Assembly (NCBI GenBank): GCA_044222185.1
Contig: JBGANV010000002.1
Span: 192,001 to 256,000 of the forward strand
DNA: 64,000 nt
Reading direction: 5' to 3'
From: Planctomycetota bacterium
Lineage (GTDB): Bacteria > Planctomycetota > GCA-002687715 > CAIWVZ01
The translations under genes were made by a program, and so were the position numbers. Below are positions 10,421 to 19,065 of this stretch, piece after piece (position 1 is the stretch's first letter; each line of letters starts with the position of its first letter). Below the pieces are notes generated by a model. That model saw only the letters and a list, made by a program, of their open reading frames with translations. It was not told the DNA's origin and did no database searches.

Positions 10421-10537
10421 TCTCGGCGCGGCGGCAGGTCACGCACGCGGCCGATCCGTCCGTCCAATCCTGCCGCTCAGCCGGCAACTCTGCCGCATCC
10501 GGCCTTCGGTCTGCCGCCTCGTTGCCATCGTCCGGCA

Positions 10538-11545
10538 TCAGAGTGTCATCAAATGGCCGACGCGGGAGGCAACCGAGGCGTCGAGCCGGCGTGACCTCCT
10601 CGCCCCGGCGCGGTGGACGAACTCCCTCGCCATCCCATCGAACGCCCGCCAGCACGACGGAAGCGGCGTGGCCCCAGATCGCGTGATCGCCTGCCCAAGG
10701 GCATGGAGCGTCCCCCAGGTGCTCCGTGCCTTCGCCCAGGGGGCTTTGAGCCGGAGCTGCCGTTCACCCATCAGCCACGCGCCCACCTGATCGCGCCAAC
10801 GCTCGACGCCGCTGCGCTCGTCACCGAACAGGACGAGGTCGTCGACGTAGCGCACATACCCAGGGACTTTCAGGTCGCGCTTCACGTGGTGGTCCAAGCC
10901 CGCAAGGTAGACGTGGGCCGCGAACAACTGACTCGTCAAGGCGCCGATCGGCAACCCGCGCCCAGGCGGCGGCCAGTCGGGTGCGATGCGCGCAGCTCGG
11001 CGAATCGAAACCGGGTCGTAGAAACCGCGGCCCGCGTCCAGGATCACGTCGACGACGCGAAGGAATTCGGCATCGCGGACGCGGCGACGGACGAGGTCGA
11101 TCAACGTGTCGACGTGGACACTGGGGAAGTACGCACGGATGTCCAAGTGCAGGAAGAAGGCGTGCCGCCTCATCAGCTCGACGAGACGGATCACGGCGCG
11201 GTGCGTTCCAAACCCAGGGCGACAGGCGAACACATCGCGTGTGAGCATCGGGAGGAAGACCGGCTCGAGCAGTGAAACGACAGCCGTGTGAACGACGCGG
11301 TCCTCGATCGGCGCGACGGCGATGACTCGGGGCTTGGGGTCGCGGATGGCGCGTGCGCGCCACCCGAGCGGCGCCCACGAGCCCGTTTCCAAGCGCCGTT
11401 GGATCTCGCCCACCTGCTCCTCGCGCCGGAAGAGGAACCACGCGACGTCGGGGCGAAGACGCTTGCCCGCGCAGGTCTTCGTCGCGGCCGCTTCGAGGTG
11501 ATCACGCGTCACGAGCTTCGCGAACAACCCACGAACCGTACGCAT
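10538..11545 (-). CDS. DGR-type reverse transcriptase
   Basis: 335 aa with DPKPRVI, EDRVVH, FACRPGFGTHRA, LDIRAYFPSV, GLPIGALTSQLFA (DGR GxxxSQ signature) and RYVDDLV. No maturase or endonuclease extension. Confidence 0.92.
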   Translation of the reverse strand: MRTVRGLFAKLVTRDHLEAAATKTCAGKRLRPDVAWFLFRREEQVGEIQRRLETGSWAPLGWRARAIRDPKPRVIAVAPIEDRVVHTAVVSLLEPVFLPMLTRDVFACRPGFGTHRAVIRLVELMRRHAFFLHLDIRAYFPSVHVDTLIDLVRRRVRDAEFLRVVDVILDAGRGFYDPVSIRRAARIAPDWPPPGRGLPIGALTSQLFAAHVYLAGLDHHVKRDLKVPGYVRYVDDLVLFGDERSGVERWRDQVGAWLMGERQLRLKAPWAKARSTWGTLHALGQAITRSGATPLPSCWRAFDGMAREFVHRAGARRSRRLDASVASRVGHLMTL

Positions 11546-11571
11546 GCCTCGTCCTCAGGATGAGAAAAAGT

Positions 11572-11614
11572 GCTCCCCCGGACGCTCGGCCGAGGCCTAC
11601 GAGAACGGGGGAGC
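11572..11614 (-). other. Hairpin just upstream of the RT, probable 3' spacer (Sp) structure of the DGR RNA
   Basis: Minus strand GCTCCCCCG-ttctcGTAGgcctcggcCGAGcgtc-CGGGGGAGC: a 9-bp perfect outer stem with an inner stem, ending 26 nt before the RT ATG. Confidence 0.5.
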
Positions 11615-12052
11615 GAGGGCCCGACGGTGTCGAGCCCGCCGGGGTGGAGCCTGCTTGCGGCTGGGGTGGAACTCGTGGTGTCCGCGTGCGACGTTCATCA
11701 GCGCAGATTCGAGGGCGGCGGCCGCGGAGACCATCGGCTCGCCCGCGGCACGGAGGTTCCGGAGGAGCGCGCACGCGTGCTGAACGAATCCGAGGTCCGC
11801 GAGCGTTTTGCGGCGGTCGCCCGACCGCGACGCCGTGCGCGAGGGCAGCATGGCGTCGACGGATGTCCGCAGGCGGTCGGCGCGCTCCTGCAGTTCGTGA
11901 CGTTGGGAGTCCGTGAGCGGCAACGCAGCGCGGTCGAGGACCCAATGGCCGCCGCGCTTGACGCCAGGGAGCCGGCCGGTCCTCAGCCATGCGCGGATCG
12001 TTCGAGCGCTCTTGCCGAGGACCGTGGCGGCTTCCGTGAGGGTCAGTTCCAT
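11597..12052 (-). CDS. Excisionase-type HTH fused to a helical, Avd-like DGR accessory domain; probably C-terminally truncated
   Basis: MELTLTEAATVLGKSARTIRAWLRTGRLPGVKRGGHWVL (HTH_17 pattern), then helices ending LESALMNVARGHHEF, then a non-helical PPRRARHRRALAPPFS tail. Directly upstream of the RT. Confidence 0.65.
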   Translation of the reverse strand: MELTLTEAATVLGKSARTIRAWLRTGRLPGVKRGGHWVLDRAALPLTDSQRHELQERADRLRTSVDAMLPSRTASRSGDRRKTLADLGFVQHACALLRNLRAAGEPMVSAAAALESALMNVARGHHEFHPSRKQAPPRRARHRRALAPPFS

Positions 12053-12204
12053 TCGCCAGGAATGACGGCGAGAACCGGCAAGTTCTTCCGGGAGCGCTAC
12101 TGCGTGGTCGGCGAATGGCCGGCGCCTTGCCGGCATCGTCGCGCCCGTTTGCCGGTCCGACGGCCGGAAGCGGGCGCACGCGGCTGCCGGCCGCCGCGCT
12201 GAGC

Positions 12205-12366
12205 CATATCTCAATGATCGAACTTCAAGCTGGGGGCGGCGGGGAACGCGACCCGGAAGCCGATGATGTCGTCCCGGTCCCCGGGCCTCCAGTCCCAGCG
12301 ATACGCCGAGCGGCACCCCGACGCGTCATTCCAGTAGCTGCCGCCACGGAGGACGCGGGAGGTGCC
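12205..12366 (-). repeat. DGR variable repeat VR2
   Basis: Reverse-complement match to 10259-10420, encoding GTSRVLRGGSYWNDASGCRSAYRWDWRPGDRDDIIGFRVAFPAAPSLKFDH*. Confidence 0.88.
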
Positions 12367-15300
12367 CTCAGCTGGTCCCAAGGGGTCGGATGTCTGCTGC
12401 GGGTCATAGGGCGCGTACCAGTCGCGGCACCACTCCCCGACGTTTCCGTGCATGTCCTGGAGGCCCCACGGATTGACGTCGCGCTTGAAGCCGACGGGGC
12501 GCGGGCTCCCAGTGAAACCCTTCCCGTACCACGCAACCTTCTTCAACTCCTTCTCATCCGATCCGGTCCACCAGGGCGTCGTCGTCCCAGCGCGGCACGC
12601 GCCTTCCCACTGGGCCTCCGTCGGAAGGTTGCCGCCGACCCAGCGGCAGAACAGCTAGGCCTCCCACCAGGAGACTTGGGTGACAGGAAGCACGTCAGCC
12701 TCCGTCCCGCGTCGCTTGCGAGCGCCAACGAACGACTGGTACTCGCCGACCGTCACAGGTGTTCGTCCGAGTCGGAACGGACTCAGCGTGACGCGGCGCT
12801 GGGGGCGCTCGTTACCCCCGCCTTCGCCCTCCGGACTTCCCATCATGAACGTGAACTGCCTCCCGGTCGGCGGGATCGGGCGTGTGTCGATCGTCGGCCG
12901 CTGCCGGCCTGCGAAGCGCGGCACGGAGTCGAAGAACCGGTCCCGCAACCGGTCGCGGGCCGATGAGCAGCTCCCGACCAGCTTTTCCAAGGCATAGAGC
13001 ACGAACGCCAGGTCTTCGACTTCGACCGCTTCGGGCGAGGTGCCATCGCGTGCAATGACCCAGTCGAGGACGGACTTCGCCAGCGCCTCGTGCTCTGGAG
13101 AGTCTGGCCACAGCGCCAGCAGCCGCGCGAGCCGGTCTCCGTCGCGATCCGGGACCGTCAGGAAGAAGTCGAGCGTGCTCTCGAGGCTCCAACCTTGCGC
13201 ATCGGGGAGGACGGTCAGTGCGAGGTCTCCGTCGGCAGAACGCAAGGCTTCGAGCAGCGGTTTGGAGTCGGATGCGGCGACGAGGCCGGCAAGGAGCCCG
13301 TACGTTCCGCCCCATTGCGCGCCCCATCGGTGCGCCTGCTCCCGTGCGTCGTCGGACTTCGCCTTCGCAGGGATCTTCGCCCCCCAAACCGGGCGACCGC
13401 GGCGATGCAACTCCTCCGCCGCCAGCATCTCGCGGAACGAACGATGCACGAACGACCACGGGGCATGCTCGTCGCCGGCGGGTGCGAGGACGCCAGAGGT
13501 CATGCCGATGTCATGCAGGAAAGTCGTGAAGCTCTGTCCCCAGGGCTTCAGGTGAGTCTCCATCTGCGTGCGGATCTTGGGATCGGAGTCCAGAGCCTGC
13601 TCATAGGCCTCGTAGAGCGCGTCCTGACTCCACGCTTCGCCGCCCGAGGTTTGAAGTTCGAGGGCGAGGATCATCAACGCACGTCGCGCAGCGAGCGGAT
13701 CGGCGACGCTCTTCGGCGGATCGCCGTGACCGCGTTCGAGGAACGTCGTGATCGCTTCGCGGAACAGCTCCACGCGGCGACGCGGAAGGTCGCGACCGCG
13801 AAGCACGAGGTCGGCGAGCATCGTCAGCAGGAGGGGCGAGCCGGCGACTTCGGGCACGCGAAGGGCCGGACGCTGCTGGATCTGGTCCCATACAGCCGCG
13901 GCTCGTTCACCGAGATGATGCGTGAGGAGTTCCTTCTGCTCGGACTCGCCCAGCGGGCGAACCTCGAACGAGGTGAACGTGGGCTCGAAGTCCTTGGGGT
14001 CGAACCCCGCGGGCCGCGAGGTGAACACGATCCGCAGATGCTCGTGCGCAGAGGCAAGCCCGAGGATCGTGTCGCGCATGTCGGAGCGGTCGTCGCGAAG
14101 TTCATCGAAGCCGTCGAGGAGAAGGATGAGTTGACCGGGCCGGGACAGGAGCGTGCGAAGCGCTTCGGCCAGTGCCGTCGAGGCGCCGTCTCCGTGAACG
14201 CGGCTCAAGTCGCGTGACAGGAGATCGAACGCATCAGGTGGCGTGCCGCCGCTCCGGGCCGCAGCCTCCTGCCAACGGACGAGTGGCAGGAATAGCGCCA
14301 ACGGGCCCTCGGTCACTCCGGCATAGTCGTGAACGAGGCGGCGGCAGAGCGTGGACTTGCCGGCTCCCGCGCGACCGATGAGGGCGAGGCGGAATGGCCT
14401 GTCCGCCGGGGCCTGCTTGAGCAGACCGTCGAGGGTCATGGGCGAGGCCCCGAAGACGAAGGCGCGTTCGTGCTTCTCGACGCGCAACGCCTCCATCAGT
14501 GAGCGTTCATCCCTGGCATCGCCCGCCTTCCCGTCCTGCGGTTCGCACCGGCGCTGGGTGAGGAGCGGAACGACCTTCTCGACGGCGAGGTGGAAGCGGC
14601 CACCGACGTGCGCGTGAATCGTGCGGAGGTGCGCCCGATACGTCGTGAGCGCCGCTTCCGGGGTCCATCGAGGTTCGGGGGACGCAGGTGTGCCAGGGGG
14701 GTTGGGTGCGGTCTCGTCCTGGGGTTCGGGCACGGGCGGCAGGCTGCGCAGGTGCGGCTCGAGGTCACGCAGTCGTTTCAGCTCTGCGGGGCGCAGATGC
14801 TCGACGTCTGCAAGGCGGCGCGCCTCGCCGAGAAGTGCCACGCGGAGCTCGATCCCCTGTCCGATTCCATATCCGGCGATCACGCCGAGCGACGTCTGCT
14901 CCGCACCATCGCGGTCCTCCGGCGTTCGCACGAGGGGCCAGATGACTCGCCCGACGCCCGCCAACGCCTGCGGCAGGTCGTCGACGGTCTTCAGGGGGAT
15001 GCGACCGCTTCCACCAGCCGCTGCCGGGTCCCGAGGAGGCTTGACCGTCGGCAGGTCGATGAGTCGGCTCCACGGGAGCCCGAGCTTTCCGAGTGTGGCA
15101 CGCACGGCGCGACCGTCGTCAACATCGGCACACAGCGTCGCAACGTCCCTCCCCCGGTTCGCGATCGGAAGGAGCGGTGCAAGCTCCTTCGGCGACTCGA
15201 CGATGTCCTGGAACATCTCGATGTCGCGGCACGGGGTCACGAAGAAGCCTTGAAAGGGCGTGTGCCGTTCCCACTTGAACGTCCGCTTCACTCCTTCCGC

Positions 15301-15789
15301 GGCGACGAAGACGACGGGAACACCGACGGACAGGGCAAACCCGACCTCGAAGGCGACGTTGGCGTTGGGGCGATCGACGAATGCAATCAGGCGATCCGAG
15401 GCGAGGATCCCATCCTTGACGCCGTCCCAGATGCGACCCTGGTCGTGCTCGCCGAGCGGGACCGTCACTCGCCAGGGTTGATCGGCTTCATCGCGCGCCC
15501 ACTCGAGCGTGGCGGGGATCGTCTCCTGCGACATGTCCCACGCCACGAACACGCGGTAGCGGAGGAGGTCGGCGGCCGAGTCGAAGCCCAGGTCGCAAAC
15601 AAGCTTCTCGGCGAGCGACTCGAGTTTCGCCGGCGAGAGCTTCTTCGCGCGCAGCGCGTTCAGATCCTTCTCGGAGGCTCCGCTGCTCCTGGCGAGCTGG
15701 GCGGTCGTGACGCGCTTGCGCCGCAGGTGCTTCTCCACCTTCATGCGGAGCGCGCGGGATTGCAGGCTCTCCTTCGGATCGTCGGGCAT
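12211..15789 (-). pseudogene. HTH + nucleoside-deoxyribosyltransferase-like + NACHT + FGE-sulfatase protein; DGR target 2, interrupted by an in-frame TAG at 12655-12657
   Basis: ORFs 12655..15789 and 12211..12546 share a frame: VSWWEA*LFCRWVGGNLPTEAQWEGACRAG. Walker A GRAGAGKST, Walker B LLLDGFDE, FVHRSFREML. N-term NANVAFEVGFA motif. Confidence 0.8.
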
Positions 15790-15887
15790 TGGGCAGACCT
15801 CGCATGCGGCCCATGAACTCCTCTCGTACCGCAGGCGGGGCGGAGTCTATCAAAGGGGTTTCTGCCGGGGACGGCCGACGCGCGACG

Positions 15888-16826
15888 TCAGCGTCGTGGC
15901 GTCGTCGGGCTGCCGCGCGAGTCGGCCTTCGGCGGCTCGTGCTGGCGGATCCAGTCGGAGGGGCGGAGCCATTCGGCGACTTCGGGCTCGGAGCCGTAGC
16001 CGCTGCACCAGTGGATGATGTCGGCGGGTTTGGGGTCGGGGGCGGTGCTGCCCACGAGCAGCGACATGTAGGAGGTCTCGCCGGAGGGGAAGCGGAGGGC
16101 GAGGGTGGTCTCGTCGAGGCGTTTGACCTCGGGGTGGCCCTTCACGAACTTCATCGGGGCGCCGTTGGTGCCGCCGATGGGCATGCCGAGGGTCGCGGCT
16201 TCGTCGAGAAGCTTGCGCTGCCACGACGGGGCGATCTGGATGTACGGGCCGCGGTGGATGCCGAAGTGCAGGTGGGCGGGGTAGTCGCCGTTTTCGGGGC
16301 TGCGATCGGCGCCGATGAATCCGATGGGCTGGCCGCGAGTGACGGGGTCGCCGACGCGGACGGCACGGTCCTTCGCTAGGTGGACGTAGACCGAGCACAC
16401 GTGCGTGAGGTCACCCTCGGGCGGATCGAGCTCGTGCTCGATGACGATCACGTTGCCGAGGTTCCAGTGCTTTTGGCCCGAGCCGTCGATCCACGAGGGA
16501 CTGAAGTCGGAGTAGGTGACGCGTCCCGCGGCGACGCTGCGGACGGGTGTGCGCGCGGGAAGCCAGACGTCCTCGGCGAGATGCCACGAGCCGTCGAAGG
16601 GCGAGCTCTTGTCACCGCGGATGAGGAGGCCGAAGTTGCCCTTGCCGCGAAGGCCGCGGAGGTAGGCGTCGCAGGGGAAGGTGAAGGGTGTGGGGGTGGT
16701 TGTCGCCGGGCGGGTGGCCGGACGACTTTCGGCGTGCGCCTGTGCGGTGAGTGGTGCGCTCGCGAGGAGGGTGAGCACGACGACGAGGATCGCGGGGCAA
16801 CTCGGTTTGATCGTGGAACCGTTCAC
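15888..16826 (-). CDS. M23-family peptidase, secreted
   Basis: HLAED (HxxxD), TPVRSVAAGRV, GNVIVIEH, SVYVHL, V.VGDPVTRGQPIG, HLHFGI. The start (GTG 16826) is approximate and precedes a signal peptide. Confidence 0.8.
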   Translation of the reverse strand: MNGSTIKPSCPAILVVVLTLLASAPLTAQAHAESRPATRPATTTPTPFTFPCDAYLRGLRGKGNFGLLIRGDKSSPFDGSWHLAEDVWLPARTPVRSVAAGRVTYSDFSPSWIDGSGQKHWNLGNVIVIEHELDPPEGDLTHVCSVYVHLAKDRAVRVGDPVTRGQPIGFIGADRSPENGDYPAHLHFGIHRGPYIQIAPSWQRKLLDEAATLGMPIGGTNGAPMKFVKGHPEVKRLDETTLALRFPSGETSYMSLLVGSTAPDPKPADIIHWCSGYGSEPEVAEWLRPSDWIRQHEPPKADSRGSPTTPRR

Positions 16827-16964
16827 GGGGAGGTTTGACGGCGCGCGGTTGGGATGCGGGCCGGAGCGGTGGACGGTTTTGGTCGAGGTAGGAAACAGGG
16901 ATGTGGCGAGGGGATGTGGCGGCCGTGGGCGGGAGTTGGTCATCGCGTGGCGAGTCGGGAGCGG

Positions 16965-17319
16965 CGCCGGTTGGACCGCGCGGGACGCGCGGCGATCCGG
17001 CCAGCCCCCGCCGCGACGGCGGAGGGCTGGCGCTCCTTCGCTTCGCGGCGGCGTCGTGCGCATTCGGTGCGAGTCGGGCGAAGGCCGCGTCGGAGCGCCG
17101 GTCGACGCGTCGCGCGAGCGGCGGTGCGACCGGCAGGATCGGACGACCGAAGCGAAGCGGAGGCGTCCGGGCCCGCTGGCGTCGACACGCCGGGGCGCAT
17201 TTGAACATCATGCCGACGTCGGTGATCGGGTACGGGATCCCGATCCACGCCGGTTGGACCGCGCGGGACGCGCGGCGATCCGGCCAGCCCCCGCCGCGAC
17301 GGCGGAGGGCTGGCGCTCC
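16965..17319. repeat. Two identical 72-bp direct repeats (16965-17036 and 17248-17319) with an internal hairpin
   Basis: cgccggttggaccgcgcgggacgcgcggcgatccg-GCCAGCCCccgccgcgacggcggaGGGCTGGC-gctcc occurs twice. Confidence 0.85.
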
Positions 17320-17320
17320 G

Positions 17321-17482
17321 TCACTTCGGATAAAAGGCGAAGGCCGCGATCGCCAGGCACGCGACAGCGGTGAGGCTGATCACGAACCAGGTGAACTTCG
17401 AAACACCCTCGCGGCCGTAGTAGTGCTCGTAATGAGGGTGATGCACTGAGGACGATCGAACCGGCTGGGTTGGTTGCGTCAT
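17321..17482 (-). CDS. 53-aa single-pass membrane small protein
   Basis: AGGAGG Shine-Dalgarno 8 nt before the ATG. MTQPTQPVRSSSVHHPHYEHYYGREGVSKFTWFVISLTAVACLAIAAFAFYPK has a clean C-terminal TM helix. Confidence 0.65.
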   Translation of the reverse strand: MTQPTQPVRSSSVHHPHYEHYYGREGVSKFTWFVISLTAVACLAIAAFAFYPK

Positions 17483-17721
17483 CTCTCTCTCCTCCTGCGT
17501 CGGTGAATGAGTGATGTGACGAGAGCGAGGAGCTCTCACCGCATCGGCGTCATCCGTGCCGACGCGATACGGCGAACGGTGCGATTATCGCCGCAGATCT
17601 AACGGCTGTGCGACGACTTTCTTCCCAGTGAATTCCAGCGAATTCGTCGCAGCCTCAGTGCGCGGCGCTTCAACTCGAAGCGGCACAACGGAGTTGAGTG
17701 CAGCGCAAGTGAGTCCAACGC

Positions 17722-19008
17722 TCACAGAAGACCGCGAGCGCGCGCGGCCTCCTGCAGCGACGTGCGAAACGCCGGATCTGCAATGGCGATCAGGTCCTGC
17801 GCGCGTTCACGCAGGCTGCGACCGTGAAGCTGAGCGACCCCCCATTCGGTGACGACGTAGCGCACATCACCCCGCGAAGTCACCACTCCGGCGCCCGGTT
17901 TCAGCCGCGGAACGATGCGTGAGACGGTGGTTCCCCCGCGGGGAGTCGCCGTCGACGGCAGCGCGATGATGGGCTTGCCTCCGCGGCTTCTTGCGGCACC
18001 GCGAATGAAATCCACCTGCCCGCCGATGCCGCTGTACAACCGCTCGCCGATGGAGTCGGCGCAAACCTGGCCCGTGAGATCCACTTCGATCGCCGCGTTG
18101 ATCGCCACCATGTCGTCGTTGCGCGCGATCACGAAGGGATCGTTCACGTACTCGATCGGGTGGAACTCCACGTCCGCGTTGCGATCGACGAACGCATACA
18201 GCTCGGGCGAGCCGACGGCGAACGTGACGATGATCTTGCCGCGGTGAAGCGTCTTGCGCGCACCGGTGACGACGCCGCGCTTCACCAGCGGGATCAGGCC
18301 GTCGCTGAACATCTCCGTGTGGATGCCGAGATCGCGATGATGGCCCAAGTTCGCGAGCACCGCGTTGGGAATCTCGCCGATGCCCATCTGCAGCGTGGCG
18401 CCATCCTCGATCAACCCCGCGATGTGGCGACCGATGCGATCGAACACGTCGCTCGAATCGCGTCGCTCGAGTGACGGCAACGACGTGTCGACGGGAACGA
18501 GTGCCGCGAAGCGATCGACGGGCACGGAGTTGGGCCCCGCCGTCCGCGGCATGCGCGGGTTCACTTCCGCGATCACCGTCCGCGCGCACTCGACCGCCGC
18601 GAAGTTGAAGTCGACGGCGACGCCGAGGCTGCACTGGCCCGCGTCATCCGGCGGCGACACCTGCACGATCGCCACGTCGAGCGGCATGCCGCCACCCCGA
18701 AACAGCTCGGGGATCTGCGAGAGGAAGATGGGCACGAACTCCACCCGTCCTTCGGCGACGGCCTCGCGCATGTTGGCGCCGATGAAGAACGTCTTCGTGC
18801 GGAAGCGGCCCGCGTGCTTGCGATCGACGTGAGGCGCAACGCCGAACGTGAGGCCGTGGACGAACTCCAGGTCGCGAAGCTCGTGCACGCGGTCCATCAG
18901 CGCCTGCATGACGGTGACGGGCTGCCCCGCATTCGACCCGACGTAGATGCGATCGCCTGCGCGAACGAGGCCGGCGGCTTCAGCGGGAGTGAGGGTCGGT
19001 GGCGCCAC
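17722..19008 (-). CDS. Acetyl-CoA hydrolase/4-hydroxybutyrate CoA-transferase family protein
   Basis: VSPPD...CSLG, IEDGATLQMGIG, LGIHTEMFSDG, SGIGGQVDFIRGA, VVTEWGVA. Confidence 0.92.
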   Translation of the reverse strand: MAPPTLTPAEAAGLVRAGDRIYVGSNAGQPVTVMQALMDRVHELRDLEFVHGLTFGVAPHVDRKHAGRFRTKTFFIGANMREAVAEGRVEFVPIFLSQIPELFRGGGMPLDVAIVQVSPPDDAGQCSLGVAVDFNFAAVECARTVIAEVNPRMPRTAGPNSVPVDRFAALVPVDTSLPSLERRDSSDVFDRIGRHIAGLIEDGATLQMGIGEIPNAVLANLGHHRDLGIHTEMFSDGLIPLVKRGVVTGARKTLHRGKIIVTFAVGSPELYAFVDRNADVEFHPIEYVNDPFVIARNDDMVAINAAIEVDLTGQVCADSIGERLYSGIGGQVDFIRGAARSRGGKPIIALPSTATPRGGTTVSRIVPRLKPGAGVVTSRGDVRYVVTEWGVAQLHGRSLRERAQDLIAIADPAFRTSLQEAARARGLL

Positions 19009-19065
19009 GAGAACGATGCGGTGCGACGCGTGCAGCCGCCGTCGACGGCCGCACCGTCGTCGCGT

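Larger units (their letters stand above)
7490..15789. mobile_element. Diversity-generating retroelement locus with two convergent targets; no template repeat found
   Basis: DGR RT, accessory gene and two VR-bearing lectin-fold genes, lying between the fdh operon and an M23 peptidase. Confidence 0.82.

Noticed and set aside
10538-11545. Group II intron or retron RT
   Set aside because: Short, no maturase/X domain or recognisable intron domain V, no retron VTG motif. It has the DGR SQ motif and adjacent VRs.
12205-12366. VR2 acting as the template repeat for VR1
   Set aside because: Several mismatches have non-A bases in this copy (TGG, GAC versus TTC, CAC, TAC), and it is the in-frame end of a lectin-domain gene.
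12655-12657. Pyrrolysine or genome-wide TAG recoding
   Set aside because: TAG terminates other genes normally (e.g. at 49790), no pyl genes are in the window, and the position is not catalytic.
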